A DNA stretch of 64,000 nt from an uncultured Syntrophobacter sp. GTDB taxonomy: Bacteria; Desulfobacterota; Binatia; UBA9968. A program made the position numbers and the translations under genes. Every line of letters begins with the position of its first letter. The first letter of the stretch is position 1. The DNA is taken from assembly GCA_964478485.1 (NCBI GenBank), contig CAYZJE010000017.1:6065-70064 (forward strand). Direction: 5' to 3'. Under the pieces are notes generated by a model, which saw only the letters and a program-made list of their open reading frames with translations, did not search any database and was not told where the DNA came from. This document shows, one piece after another, positions 20,484-29,513 of this stretch.

Positions 20484-21479
20484 TTATATTCCGATACCTA
20501 AAAGCCGCTGCGCATTCGCATGGGAAATTGCTGCCAATTCATTAGCGCCGATCTTGGTCCGGTGCAATGACTGCACCGGCTCGGGATCGCCCATGTCATA
20601 GGGATAGTCGCTGCCCAAGAGCACTTTATCGGCGCCGAAGTTCGCGACCAAATATTCGAGCGCCATGGCGCTGTGCGTGATCGTGTCGAAGTGGAGCAGC
20701 TTGATGTACTCGCTCGGCGGCTTGGATATCCTTGACGTTGTCGAATCTTGAATTCGATAGCCGCGGTCGAGTCTGCCCCAAGTATAAGGCAAAAAACCGC
20801 CAGCATGGGCAACTAAGAATTTTAACCGGGGGTAGCGTTCGAGCACGCCGCCGAAGATCAGTTTGGCAAAGGCTAAGGAACTGTCGGTTGGGTTGCCGAT
20901 CAAATTGGCGAGATTGAAGTCTCTCATGCGATCGGCGCCGACCACCTGATTGGGATGCACGAAGATCAAGGCATCGAGCGCTTGCGCCGCTTCCCAGAAC
21001 GGCAGGAAGCCGGGATCGTCGAAATAGCGGCCGTTGATATTGCTGGCGACTTCGACGCCGCGTAGACCAAGTTTGGTCATCGCCCGTTCCATTTCCAGCA
21101 CGGCTTTGGCCGGCTCTTGCAGCGGCACCGAGCCGAGCGCCACGAATCGCTTTGGATGTTTAGCGACCGCTTCAGCCAGGCGGTCGTTGAGCCAGCGCGC
21201 GTACTCCAATGATTGCTCTGCCGGCATCCAATAGAAAAAATAGCTACTGGCGGGTGACAGCAGCTGCATGTCGACGCCTTGGGAATCCATGATCGACAAG
21301 CGCAGCTCGAGATCGGAAAATTCCGCCTTGGGCTGACTCAAGTATGGTTTGCCGTCGCGCGTGACGATGTCGCGACCGCGCTCGTTCTTGGCAAGCTTGA
21401 GGCCCTGGCGTTGGCCGATCTCGCTGGCGACTCGCAAGCTGTCGGCCGGGACGAAGTGGGCGTGGACGTCAACGTTCAT
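20484..21479 (-). CDS. amidohydrolase-2 family protein (ACMSD/LigW-type metal-dependent decarboxylase/hydratase family)
   Basis: N-terminal HAH motif MNVDVHAHFVP, conserved His/Asp pattern of PF04909 proteins, 331 aa. Confidence 0.75.
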   Translation of the reverse strand: MNVDVHAHFVPADSLRVASEIGQRQGLKLAKNERGRDIVTRDGKPYLSQPKAEFSDLELRLSIMDSQGVDMQLLSPASSYFFYWMPAEQSLEYARWLNDRLAEAVAKHPKRFVALGSVPLQEPAKAVLEMERAMTKLGLRGVEVASNINGRYFDDPGFLPFWEAAQALDALIFVHPNQVVGADRMRDFNLANLIGNPTDSSLAFAKLIFGGVLERYPRLKFLVAHAGGFLPYTWGRLDRGYRIQDSTTSRISKPPSEYIKLLHFDTITHSAMALEYLVANFGADKVLLGSDYPYDMGDPEPVQSLHRTKIGANELAAISHANAQRLLGIGI

Positions 21480-21638
21480 TTTGACATATCGGAATGAGGC
21501 TTCTGGGAGAGCTATCGGAGGGCTGGCGCAATGTCAAGCTCAACAGCACGCAAATGGCGACAGAACGCCTGGGCAAACCACTTCGATTGAACATGCATAA
21601 CCATTGCCTGGCGCAATGGGCGATGGTAGCTTGAGCCC

Positions 21639-21875
21639 ATGAACGGTAGGCGACCGAGAAAAGAAAACCGCGTGACCATGCGCGAAGGCGACCGGATTCT
21701 CATCAACAAGGGCATCTCGAAAAAAGTCATGATCATCGCCCGCACTGAAGTTCCCCATTCGATGGAAAGGATTTTCGTCACCAAGTCTGGCGGCAAGTAC
21801 ACGATCGGTTTAAAAGTGTGGAGGTCGGACTACGTCTGGAATGACAAAAACCAGATGTGGATGGCCAAACATTAG
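21639..21875 (+). CDS. small hypothetical protein
   Basis: ORF only; possible start at MREGDRIL. Confidence 0.3.
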   Translation: MNGRRPRKENRVTMREGDRILINKGISKKVMIIARTEVPHSMERIFVTKSGGKYTIGLKVWRSDYVWNDKNQMWMAKH

Positions 21876-21936
21876 TGAGCGAAGCTCGCAGCGGCTTGCC
21901 ATCGCGCCGCAGCGCTATTCCCATCCATAATACGCC

Positions 21937-23307
21937 GTGAAACGCGATTTCCCGACTGTTCTCGCCGAGCTCAAAAACGGCAAGGCGCCGCGCCTACTGC
22001 TGCTTTTCGGCGACGATCTCCAGGTTCAAGAAAGCTCCAAGAGGGTGCTCGATCTGGTCGTACCGGCGGATCAAAGAGGATTTAACTTCGAGCGTTTCGA
22101 CGGCCGGAGCGCGCCCTGGGACCAAATCGAGGCGTCGCTCATGACGCCGCCGTTCTTACCTGGGAAAAAACTTCTGTGGGTCGACAACGCGCCGTATTTC
22201 TTTTCGCGCGAGCAGAAAGGCGAGCTCGGCGAAAAGCTGCTCGAACTTTGGCGCGACGGCAAGCGCGACGACGCGGTGAAACTTTTGATCGACCTGCTCG
22301 TGCTCGAGGGCTGGACGCAAGAGCAATGGGACCGCCTTGAGCCGTCATCGGCAAAAGCGCTGTCGGCACTGCTCGACGCCGACGGCGGCGAAGCGCAAGA
22401 AGAAGTGGCGGCGCTACTTAGCTACTGCAAGAGCCGCGACGTTGATCTTTCTAAACGCAAAGGCTCCCAAGCGCATCGGCTGGCTACGTTGCTCGACGAA
22501 GGCTTACCCGAATGGGGATTCTTGTTGCTGACCGCGGTGCAGGTCGACCGGCGCACCCGGCTGTACAAGCGCTTCGAAGAGATCGGCGCGGTGCTTTATC
22601 TCGGTTTGGAACGGGACCGCAGCGGCAAGATCAGCCGGGAAAGCTTGCTCGAATTCGTTAACCAACGGCTCGGCCAGAGTGGCAAGAGCGTCGAGCCCCA
22701 AGCGCGCGAGATGATTCTCGCCCGCGCCGGCGATGAACTGCGCGGTTTGCAGCAAGAATTGGACAAGCTCGTGCTGTTCGTCGGCGAGCGGTCGGCGATT
22801 CGCGCCGGCGATGTCGAGATGATCTTCGCCGACCAGGGTGAAGGTTGGATCTTCGATCTCACCCGGGCGATCGGCGAGCGCGACGCGGCCGGCGCACTGG
22901 CGCAGTTGGCGCGGCTGCTGGCGCAGGGAGAACATCCGCTGCGCCTGTTAGGCACCGTCGCATCCGAGGTGCGCCACTTGTTATCGGCGCGCCAACTGCT
23001 GGAAACGGACTTCGCACGGGTCTGGAAACATGGCATGAGCTATCAACAGTTTCAGCAAACCGTCTTGCCCCAAGGCGCGCCGCTGCTCACCCGTAACCCC
23101 TACGCCGATTATATGTGCTTTCAACGGGCCGAGCGCTTTTCGCTCACTGATTTGCGCGCTTACATGGAGGGTATCTTCGACGCCGATTTCCGCTTGAAAT
23201 CGAGCGGCGGCCAAGCGCGCTTGGTGTTGGAGAAATTGCTCCTCGGCATGTGCCTCGGCGGACAAAAAGCCAAACAACCGAGCCCAGCGCGAGTTGGCCT
23301 ATCATGA
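21937..23307 (+). CDS. holA: DNA polymerase III delta subunit, long form with a roughly 100-aa insertion
   Basis: N-terminus LAELKNGKAPRLLLLFGDDLQVQESSKRVLDLV aligns with E. coli HolA LRAQLNEGLRAAYLLLGNDPLLLQESQDAVRQV; C-terminus SLTDLRAYMEGIFDADFRLKS aligns with SQTQLRQAVQLLTRTELTLKQ. Confidence 0.65.
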   Translation: MKRDFPTVLAELKNGKAPRLLLLFGDDLQVQESSKRVLDLVVPADQRGFNFERFDGRSAPWDQIEASLMTPPFLPGKKLLWVDNAPYFFSREQKGELGEKLLELWRDGKRDDAVKLLIDLLVLEGWTQEQWDRLEPSSAKALSALLDADGGEAQEEVAALLSYCKSRDVDLSKRKGSQAHRLATLLDEGLPEWGFLLLTAVQVDRRTRLYKRFEEIGAVLYLGLERDRSGKISRESLLEFVNQRLGQSGKSVEPQAREMILARAGDELRGLQQELDKLVLFVGERSAIRAGDVEMIFADQGEGWIFDLTRAIGERDAAGALAQLARLLAQGEHPLRLLGTVASEVRHLLSARQLLETDFARVWKHGMSYQQFQQTVLPQGAPLLTRNPYADYMCFQRAERFSLTDLRAYMEGIFDADFRLKSSGGQARLVLEKLLLGMCLGGQKAKQPSPARVGLS

Positions 23308-23837
23308 CGCGCGCGGCGGCGGTTTGCTTTCTATTTGCTATTCTCATCTCAGTGAATGGCAACGCCGAAATGGTCGTCCAGGCGTGTTTTAGTCCCCAGG
23401 GAAAATGTTCGGCGCATATCCGGCGCGAAATCGACCAGGCCAAGAAAGAACTATTGGTCGCCGTCTACGCTTTTACCAATGACGAGCTGGCGCAGGCATT
23501 GGTGCAGGCGAAAAAACGCGGCGTAACGGTGCAGGTGGTGATCGATCGCGAATTTGACGCCGGCAACGCTCGGTCGCAGGGCAAATTTTTCGAGGCGCAG
23601 AAAATCCCGCTGCGCCGACTGTCCGGGCATCGCTCAACGACGCAGGACAAAGAGGCCGGGCTGATGCACCAAAAATTCGCCGTCATCGACCGCCGCATTG
23701 TATTCACCGGCTCCTACAATTGGACCCACTCGGCGGACAGTTCAAACGATGAGAATTTGCTGCTCTTTCGTGACGCCGGGCCGCTGGCTGAGGAGTACCG
23801 CAAAGCCTTTCTCAATCTCTGGGAGCGCAAATCATGA
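23304..23837 (+). CDS. phospholipase D-family endonuclease (Nuc-like, single HKD motif), secreted; start taken at MTRAAAV
   Basis: HKD motif HQKFAVIDRRIVFTGSYNWT; signal peptide AAVCFLFAILISVNG; ATGA overlap with holA. Confidence 0.75.
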   Translation: MTRAAAVCFLFAILISVNGNAEMVVQACFSPQGKCSAHIRREIDQAKKELLVAVYAFTNDELAQALVQAKKRGVTVQVVIDREFDAGNARSQGKFFEAQKIPLRRLSGHRSTTQDKEAGLMHQKFAVIDRRIVFTGSYNWTHSADSSNDENLLLFRDAGPLAEEYRKAFLNLWERKS

Positions 23838-24373
23838 TCGGCCGCAGCGCGACCCTTATCGTTGCCGTTTTAGCCGCGTACATTGCCGGCTTGTTCACCC
23901 ATGTGCTTTATCAACGCTGGAACCCGCCACCGGCGGATATCGCCCTGTCGCTTGCCGTCGGACAAAGGCCGCCGTTATCCGACCTCCCAGGTAACCAAGG
24001 CCACCCGGTGCGGTTTGCCCTTTTGCCAGAGCCAGCGGCGGCGGAAAAAGCGCTCGATCTGCCCGTCATTGTCGCGCGCGACGTCGAAAAAATCCGTGCC
24101 CTTGCCGGCCGCCAAGCGCGCATTCGTGGCCGGGTGTTTCGCGTCGGCCACTCGGCGAAAAGCAACACATACTTTCTCAATTTCGGGCCATCGCGCGAGG
24201 CGCTCACCGCGGTGATCTTCGCGAGCAGTGTCGAGCTGTTTGAAAAGACCCGGCAGGCACCGAAAAATTTTGAAAACAAAGAAGTCGAAATGACCGGCCA
24301 AATAAAAGATCATCCCCAATACGGTTTGGAAATGGTTCTCGACAGCCCCGAACAAATAAAAATCTTGCCTTGA
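23834..24373 (+). CDS. hypothetical membrane-anchored protein
   Basis: N-terminal TM helix LIVAVLAAYIAGLFTHVLY; ATGA overlap with the upstream gene; no family recognised. Confidence 0.45.
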   Translation: MIGRSATLIVAVLAAYIAGLFTHVLYQRWNPPPADIALSLAVGQRPPLSDLPGNQGHPVRFALLPEPAAAEKALDLPVIVARDVEKIRALAGRQARIRGRVFRVGHSAKSNTYFLNFGPSREALTAVIFASSVELFEKTRQAPKNFENKEVEMTGQIKDHPQYGLEMVLDSPEQIKILP

Positions 24374-24403
24374 GTAATTGGCAAACGATTAGTTTTAAGT
24401 AGA

Positions 24404-24592
24404 ATGACACCTATGAGCGAGTCAGTGAAAAAATGTATGATCTGCGCCAAACCTATGGAACTGCTCAAGGGTGGCATCTGCGAGCCTTGTCAGGAGCGCA
24501 TTCGGCGCGAAGCGATGGGTGAGCAATCGGGGATCGCCGAGCGGGCCGAGCGAGAAATATCCCGTCACGGAATTGCGCCGACCAAGAAATAG
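24404..24592 (+). CDS. small zinc-ribbon protein (CxxC...CxxC)
   Basis: CMICAKP...CEPC pattern in a 62-aa ORF. Confidence 0.3.
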   Translation: MTPMSESVKKCMICAKPMELLKGGICEPCQERIRREAMGEQSGIAERAEREISRHGIAPTKK

Positions 24593-24895
24593 CTCGGTGC
24601 CGATCGAGATCCCGTTAAATCGTAAATTTTCATTCCACGGCAGCACATGGTTCGCCAAGAGCCAGCAAATTTCTATGCTTAAAATGTGAAATATGTTATA
24701 AAGTAGTTCTATTTTGGCGCCAACAGAGCCAAAATTGGTTTCAAACAACAAGCAACCGGGAGGTTCGAAGCTCTGCGCGCCTGGAAATCGATTGTCGCTG
24801 GTATAATTCTAGCCGTCCTCTACCTAGCTTTTGCGGTTAAACCGGCCCTAGCATTTGATCCTGACGAGAACCTAACCGCGCGCGCGGCGCTCCTG

Positions 24896-25990
24896 ATGGA
24901 CGCCAGCACCGGTAGGATTCTCTATCAGAAAGAGGCGGACATGCGCCTGCCACCGGCGAGCACCACCAAGGTGATGACGGCGATTCTGACCTTGGAAAGC
25001 GGCCATAAACTCAGTGAATCTTTGACTGTCTCCAAAGACGCCACTCGCATGCCGGCGTCGAAGCTCTATCTTCGGCCGGGACAGACGATGACCGTCGAAG
25101 AGTTGCTGTACGGCATCCTGCTGGCCTCGGCCAACGACGCCAGCGTCGTGTTGGCCGAAGGTCTCAGTGGTTCGGTCGAAAACTTTACCGAGCTAATGAC
25201 TAAAAAAGCCCATGAGATCGGCGCCACCAACTCCAATTTCACCAATCCCCATGGGCTGACCGCGCCGGATCACTATTCCACGGTGCGCGATCTGGCGGTT
25301 CTGTTTCGCTACGCGATGCGCAATGCGCTGTTTCGCGAGATCGTCCAAACCAAGTTTAGCTCGGTGAGCAGCACCGCGATGGTTCGAAAGAAAGTAGTGC
25401 CGCGGCGCATCTCGGTGCGCAACCATAACCGTTTACTGTGGGATTTCGACGGCGCGTTGGGCGGTAAGACCGGTTATACCGTGGCGGCGCAGAAATGTTT
25501 CGTCGGCGCGGTGCAGCGCAATGGGACCACGCTCATCGTCGCGATCCTGGGCGCCCGCGATCAGTGGGGCGACACCAAGCGGCTGTTGGGTTATGGCTTC
25601 GATAATTACGAAGCGCTGAAAGCGGCACCGCCGGCGGCGGGAAAAACCGCCTGGGTCGAAGCGCCGATTGGCGTACGCGGCGAGCGGCTCTCAGGAGTGA
25701 TGGTTCTGCCACCGGAGTTTCGCGCCAAGCCGGCTGACGGGTATATTCTCCAAGTCGCCTCTTTCCGCGAACGCGACCGGGCCGAACTGCTGGCCCAGCA
25801 AATCCGTGAAAAAGGTTTTGAAACGTCCATCGAGCCGGTCGCTCTGGGCCGGGGTGAATCGTCGTTTCGCGTCCGTGTCGGACCCTATGCCGATCTCAAC
25901 GCGGCCCAGGAAGTCGCCCAGGAAATCCTCGCTAAAAGCGGCCACCGGGCGTTGATTCTCCCCTGGCAGACGGCGCGCCAAGCGAGCTGA
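24896..25990 (+). CDS. D-alanyl-D-alanine carboxypeptidase (serine peptidase S11, DacA-like) with C-terminal SPOR domain; true start probably upstream and non-canonical
   Basis: active-site SxxK PASTTKVMT near the N-terminus, SGN/KTG blocks, C-terminal SPOR block ILQVASFRERDRAELLAQQIREKGF...FRVRVGPYADLNAAQ; an in-frame signal-peptide-like segment IVAGIILAVLYLAFAVKPALA lies upstream of the ATG without an ATG/GTG/TTG. Confidence 0.8.
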   Translation: MDASTGRILYQKEADMRLPPASTTKVMTAILTLESGHKLSESLTVSKDATRMPASKLYLRPGQTMTVEELLYGILLASANDASVVLAEGLSGSVENFTELMTKKAHEIGATNSNFTNPHGLTAPDHYSTVRDLAVLFRYAMRNALFREIVQTKFSSVSSTAMVRKKVVPRRISVRNHNRLLWDFDGALGGKTGYTVAAQKCFVGAVQRNGTTLIVAILGARDQWGDTKRLLGYGFDNYEALKAAPPAAGKTAWVEAPIGVRGERLSGVMVLPPEFRAKPADGYILQVASFRERDRAELLAQQIREKGFETSIEPVALGRGESSFRVRVGPYADLNAAQEVAQEILAKSGHRALILPWQTARQAS

Positions 25991-26005
25991 CGCGGCGCGC
26001 GCAGA

Positions 26006-26740
26006 CTAAACCTCGATCACCATGCCATCGGCGGCGACCTGCACGGCCAATTCGTGCCGGTGTGCGAGCATCTCCTCGCCGAGGTGAGTGAGGATCAGCC
26101 GGCGGCATTGCAGGCGCGCTAGATTGGCCTCTAACGCTTGGTAATAGACATGCATGCCGGGTTGTTCGCGGTAAAACGAACACTCGCAGAGAAACAAATC
26201 GACGCCGCGCGCCTGGTCGATAAAACTTTCCGTCCACAGCGAGTCGCCGGAAAAGAGAATTTGCTTTCCTTCGTAGCTGACTTTTAGCGCCAGAGAAATC
26301 GCTTCGCTCTGGTGCGGCACGCGGAACGGAAAAAAATCGGCGCCGGCGACGCGCGCCGGCTGATTCGGGTGCAACACTTGAAAGACTGTCGGCGGCAGCG
26401 CTTTGTCACCGCCCGCCGCGCCATACATTAGATTAAAAAGTTGGCGTACTTTTGCTTCCGTGCCGGGCGGTCCGGCGATCAATAGCGGATCGTTTTTGGG
26501 CTGACGGTAAAGATAATCGATTAGAAAGAACGGCAGGCCGCCGAAGTGATCGCCATGGAGATGGCTGAGTATAATCGCGTCTAGTCGCCGCGGGTCGAAG
26601 CCGGCCCGCTTCATCGCTAACAGCGCCGTCGCCCCGCAATCGAGCAAGAACAGCCGGTCGTTGGCTTCGACCAGATAGCTGCTCTGAAGGCGCCCGCCGC
26701 TGCCGAAGGCGTCACCGCAGCCAAGAATATGCAGTTTCAT
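26006..26740 (-). CDS. MBL-fold metallo-hydrolase (RNase Z/ElaC-like), start taken at MKLHILGCGDA
   Basis: HxHxDH motif SHLHGDHFGG; beta-lactamase fold blocks; divergent from the MarR gene. Confidence 0.75.
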   Translation of the reverse strand: MKLHILGCGDAFGSGGRLQSSYLVEANDRLFLLDCGATALLAMKRAGFDPRRLDAIILSHLHGDHFGGLPFFLIDYLYRQPKNDPLLIAGPPGTEAKVRQLFNLMYGAAGGDKALPPTVFQVLHPNQPARVAGADFFPFRVPHQSEAISLALKVSYEGKQILFSGDSLWTESFIDQARGVDLFLCECSFYREQPGMHVYYQALEANLARLQCRRLILTHLGEEMLAHRHELAVQVAADGMVIEV

Positions 26741-26849
26741 TGTCTTGCCCCGATTATTATTTGAGCCGGCGGCGAGCGTCAACATTTTCACAGGGCAATG
26801 GATGCCTTCGCGCGCTCGATCGATCGATTGATGTGAGCCTGGCTCTAAT

Positions 26850-27338
26850 TTGCTTTTTTCACCCTGTACGACTAAAGTTGACAACGTGGCAGTTTTCAAG
26901 CGTCCTTTCTTTACGTCATTTACCACTAGCCTTTGGGTTCGCTTTCTCCGTTTCAGCTTGCAGTCGCACAAGAAACTCGAAGATGATTTAGCGAAGGCCG
27001 GATTAACGCCGCCGCAGTTTTACGTGCTCGCGACCATCGGTTACGCCGGCGGTCTGCCGTTCGGCGAGATCGGCGCCAAAATGATGGTGACGGTAAGTAA
27101 TTTGACCGGCATCGTCGATCGGCTCGAGGAAAAAAAGCTGGCGGTGCGCCAGCGCGACGCCCACGACCGGCGGGTGGTTCACGTGGTGCTGACGGACAAG
27201 GGCACGAAGCTTTACAAAACCACGATTCCGCTCTTCGAAAAGAGCGTCGAGAAGATCTTCCTCGGCCTCGGTAAACCTGACCAGAAGGAGCTAGCGGCGA
27301 TCTTCCGTAAGCTCAATCAAGATTCCACCGTTAACTAG
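26850..27338 (+). CDS. MarR family transcriptional regulator
   Basis: winged-HTH block LTPPQFYVLATI...VSNLTGIVDRLEEKKLAVRQRDAHDRRVVHVVLTDKG. Confidence 0.75.
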   Translation: MLFSPCTTKVDNVAVFKRPFFTSFTTSLWVRFLRFSLQSHKKLEDDLAKAGLTPPQFYVLATIGYAGGLPFGEIGAKMMVTVSNLTGIVDRLEEKKLAVRQRDAHDRRVVHVVLTDKGTKLYKTTIPLFEKSVEKIFLGLGKPDQKELAAIFRKLNQDSTVN

Positions 27339-27397
27339 CCCGGTCGCGCCGCGGCGCGGGCATGGCAGATTCCAAATTACAGATTTCAGATTACCAA

Positions 27398-27422
27398 CTG
27401 CGGCAGCGGCCGCAGTTTTTCC
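27398..27422 (+). terminator. rho-independent terminator after the MarR gene
   Basis: CTGCGGCAGCGGCCGCAG hairpin followed by TTTTT. Confidence 0.55.
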
Positions 27423-27524
27423 CGCTGTTTCGCAATGCGTCTCGGGCAGCGCTGATTGACAGCGGATATTGGCGGGTTATAAATGGTTAACGTTTCAACC
27501 TTTCTCGACGGGTAAAAGTTTTAC

Positions 27525-28748
27525 GTGAACGACGATAGCAAAAAACCCATCGGGCTCGAAAGAGTCAAACCGTGGCTTTACGCCAAGGGGCTCGACCAGC
27601 GGAGCAGCGGATGCGTGCTGTGCGGTTCGTGCTACGGCCATGGGCCGGCCAATCCGATGGAAGACCTGCCTGGGCCGAAAGAAAAGTGTCCGCCCTACGA
27701 ATTCTACAAATTCCAACGCCACACGCCGAAGTCGCGTTGGCTGATGGCGCAGCGGGTTTTTCACGGCCTCGATCCGATCACGCCGGAACTAAAAGAAGTC
27801 ATCTACGCCTGCACCAACTGTCTCATGTGCCAGGAACTTTGCGGCGTGCGCGGCGACGGCTACGGTCCCTGGGATATCACGGTGGCCATGCGCGAGGAAA
27901 TCACCGAGAAAGACGGTCCGCTTCCAGCGCATCGACCGATCTACGACGGACTCAAGCAGCATGACAATCCTTGGTCGCAGCCAAAGGATGAGCGCGGCGC
28001 GTGGGCCAGCGGGTTGGCATTAAAGAAACTAGGTGAGTCGAAATCTTCGACACTGCTGTTCGCCGGCTGCTCGGCGGACCGCGACAGCGGCCGCAGCGGC
28101 GCGGTCGCCCTGGCACAGTTGATGAAACGAGCCGGCGACGATTTCGTGATTTTAGGCGACGCGGAAAAATGCTGTGGACTCTATGCTTTCGATCTCGGCT
28201 TTCGCCGCGAATTCGAGCGGCTGAAAGAGGACAATCTGGCGACGCTCGAGAATGCCGGAATTACCCGTGTCGTCGTTGCTTGCGGCAGCTGCCAGAGAAT
28301 CTGGCGCGAATATAAGAAAGAAGCCGGCGCTGATTTTCAAGTTATTCATGGCGTCGAATATGTCGAGCAGATGGTGCGGTCGGGGCAATTAAGATTTCCC
28401 AAGCCGATCGGCAAAAAAGTCACGTACCATGACTCCTGTCATCTCGGCCGTGGCTGCGGCGTTTACACGGCGCCGCGAACTATTTTGGGCGCGATACCCG
28501 GTGTCGAGCTGGTCGAGATGGCACGCAATCAGCGCTGGGCTTGGTGTTGCGGCGGCGGCGGTGGGGTGCCGGAAGCCGACCCGGAGTTGGCCGAGTGGAA
28601 TGCAGCGGATCGCATGCGCGAAGCCGAGGAGACCGGCGCGGAACTGATGCTTACTTCGAGCGCGCTCTGCCAGCGGTCGTTCGCCGATTTGAAAGTAGCC
28701 GCACTGCCAGTGCAAGATTTGCTCGAATTCGCGCTTCAGGCTATTTAG
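27525..28748 (+). CDS. (Fe-S)-binding protein with 2x[4Fe-4S] ferredoxin motifs and two CCG domains (HdrD/GlcF/GlpC-like)
   Basis: CVLCGSCY and CTNCLMCQELCGV cluster motifs; CCG motifs KCCGLYAF and WCCGGGGG. Confidence 0.8.
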   Translation: MNDDSKKPIGLERVKPWLYAKGLDQRSSGCVLCGSCYGHGPANPMEDLPGPKEKCPPYEFYKFQRHTPKSRWLMAQRVFHGLDPITPELKEVIYACTNCLMCQELCGVRGDGYGPWDITVAMREEITEKDGPLPAHRPIYDGLKQHDNPWSQPKDERGAWASGLALKKLGESKSSTLLFAGCSADRDSGRSGAVALAQLMKRAGDDFVILGDAEKCCGLYAFDLGFRREFERLKEDNLATLENAGITRVVVACGSCQRIWREYKKEAGADFQVIHGVEYVEQMVRSGQLRFPKPIGKKVTYHDSCHLGRGCGVYTAPRTILGAIPGVELVEMARNQRWAWCCGGGGGVPEADPELAEWNAADRMREAEETGAELMLTSSALCQRSFADLKVAALPVQDLLEFALQAI

Positions 28749-28750
28749 TC

Positions 28751-29485
28751 ATGGTCAAAGAACCGCATTTTACACCGCAGCGAATGCTCAACATGCTTGG
28801 GCTCAAGCCGGATTCGCTCGGCCCCTACGCGCTCGTACCGGGTCCGAAGGAACGCAGCGAATTGCTGCTCAAACTTTTGGATAGTCCGCAAAAGAGTTTC
28901 ACCTTTCTCGACTACGAGATGCATACCGGCGCGCTTGATGGAAAGCGGGTTAGCATCGGCAACGGCGGACGTTACGCGCCGGACACGGCGATCACGACGG
29001 AGATTCTCTGCGGTGCCGGGGCCGAGACATTGATTCGGGTCGGCAGCTGCGGCTCGCTGCAGGACGACATCAAAATCGGCGATCTGGTCATCGTCACCGG
29101 GGCGCTTCGCGGCGACGGCACATCGCGTTACTACGTGGCGGAAAATTTCTCGACCGTCGCCCATGGCGATATCGTCAACGCGCTTAAGCACGCGGCCGAC
29201 GAACTCAACGTGCGCTACCATTTGGGCTGGATTTTTACCACCGACGCGTTGTTTCAAGAAACCCCCGAGCTGATTCAACAACTCAACCAACAACATGTTT
29301 CCAGCATCGACATGGTGACTTCGACCTTTCTGACCATTGCTCAAGTGCGCGGCAAAAAAGCCGGCGCGGTGTTGGCGGTTTCGGATGAATGCTTGCACGG
29401 CAAGTTTGGCTTTCGCGATCCGGCGTTCTTCGAAGCCGAGCAAAAAACCATCGAAGTGGCGCGCCAAGCGCTAAAATATCTCTGA
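28751..29485 (+). CDS. PNP/UDP-family nucleoside phosphorylase (DeoD/MTA-phosphorylase-like)
   Basis: family blocks (ETLIRVGSCGSL; IVTGALRGDGTSRYY); ATG 3 nt after the upstream stop; first gene of the mtnA-aldolase cluster. Confidence 0.7.
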   Translation: MVKEPHFTPQRMLNMLGLKPDSLGPYALVPGPKERSELLLKLLDSPQKSFTFLDYEMHTGALDGKRVSIGNGGRYAPDTAITTEILCGAGAETLIRVGSCGSLQDDIKIGDLVIVTGALRGDGTSRYYVAENFSTVAHGDIVNALKHAADELNVRYHLGWIFTTDALFQETPELIQQLNQQHVSSIDMVTSTFLTIAQVRGKKAGAVLAVSDECLHGKFGFRDPAFFEAEQKTIEVARQALKYL

Positions 29486-29513
29486 CGGTTGCAAGTCGGT
29501 CTGTGCAAAAAAG

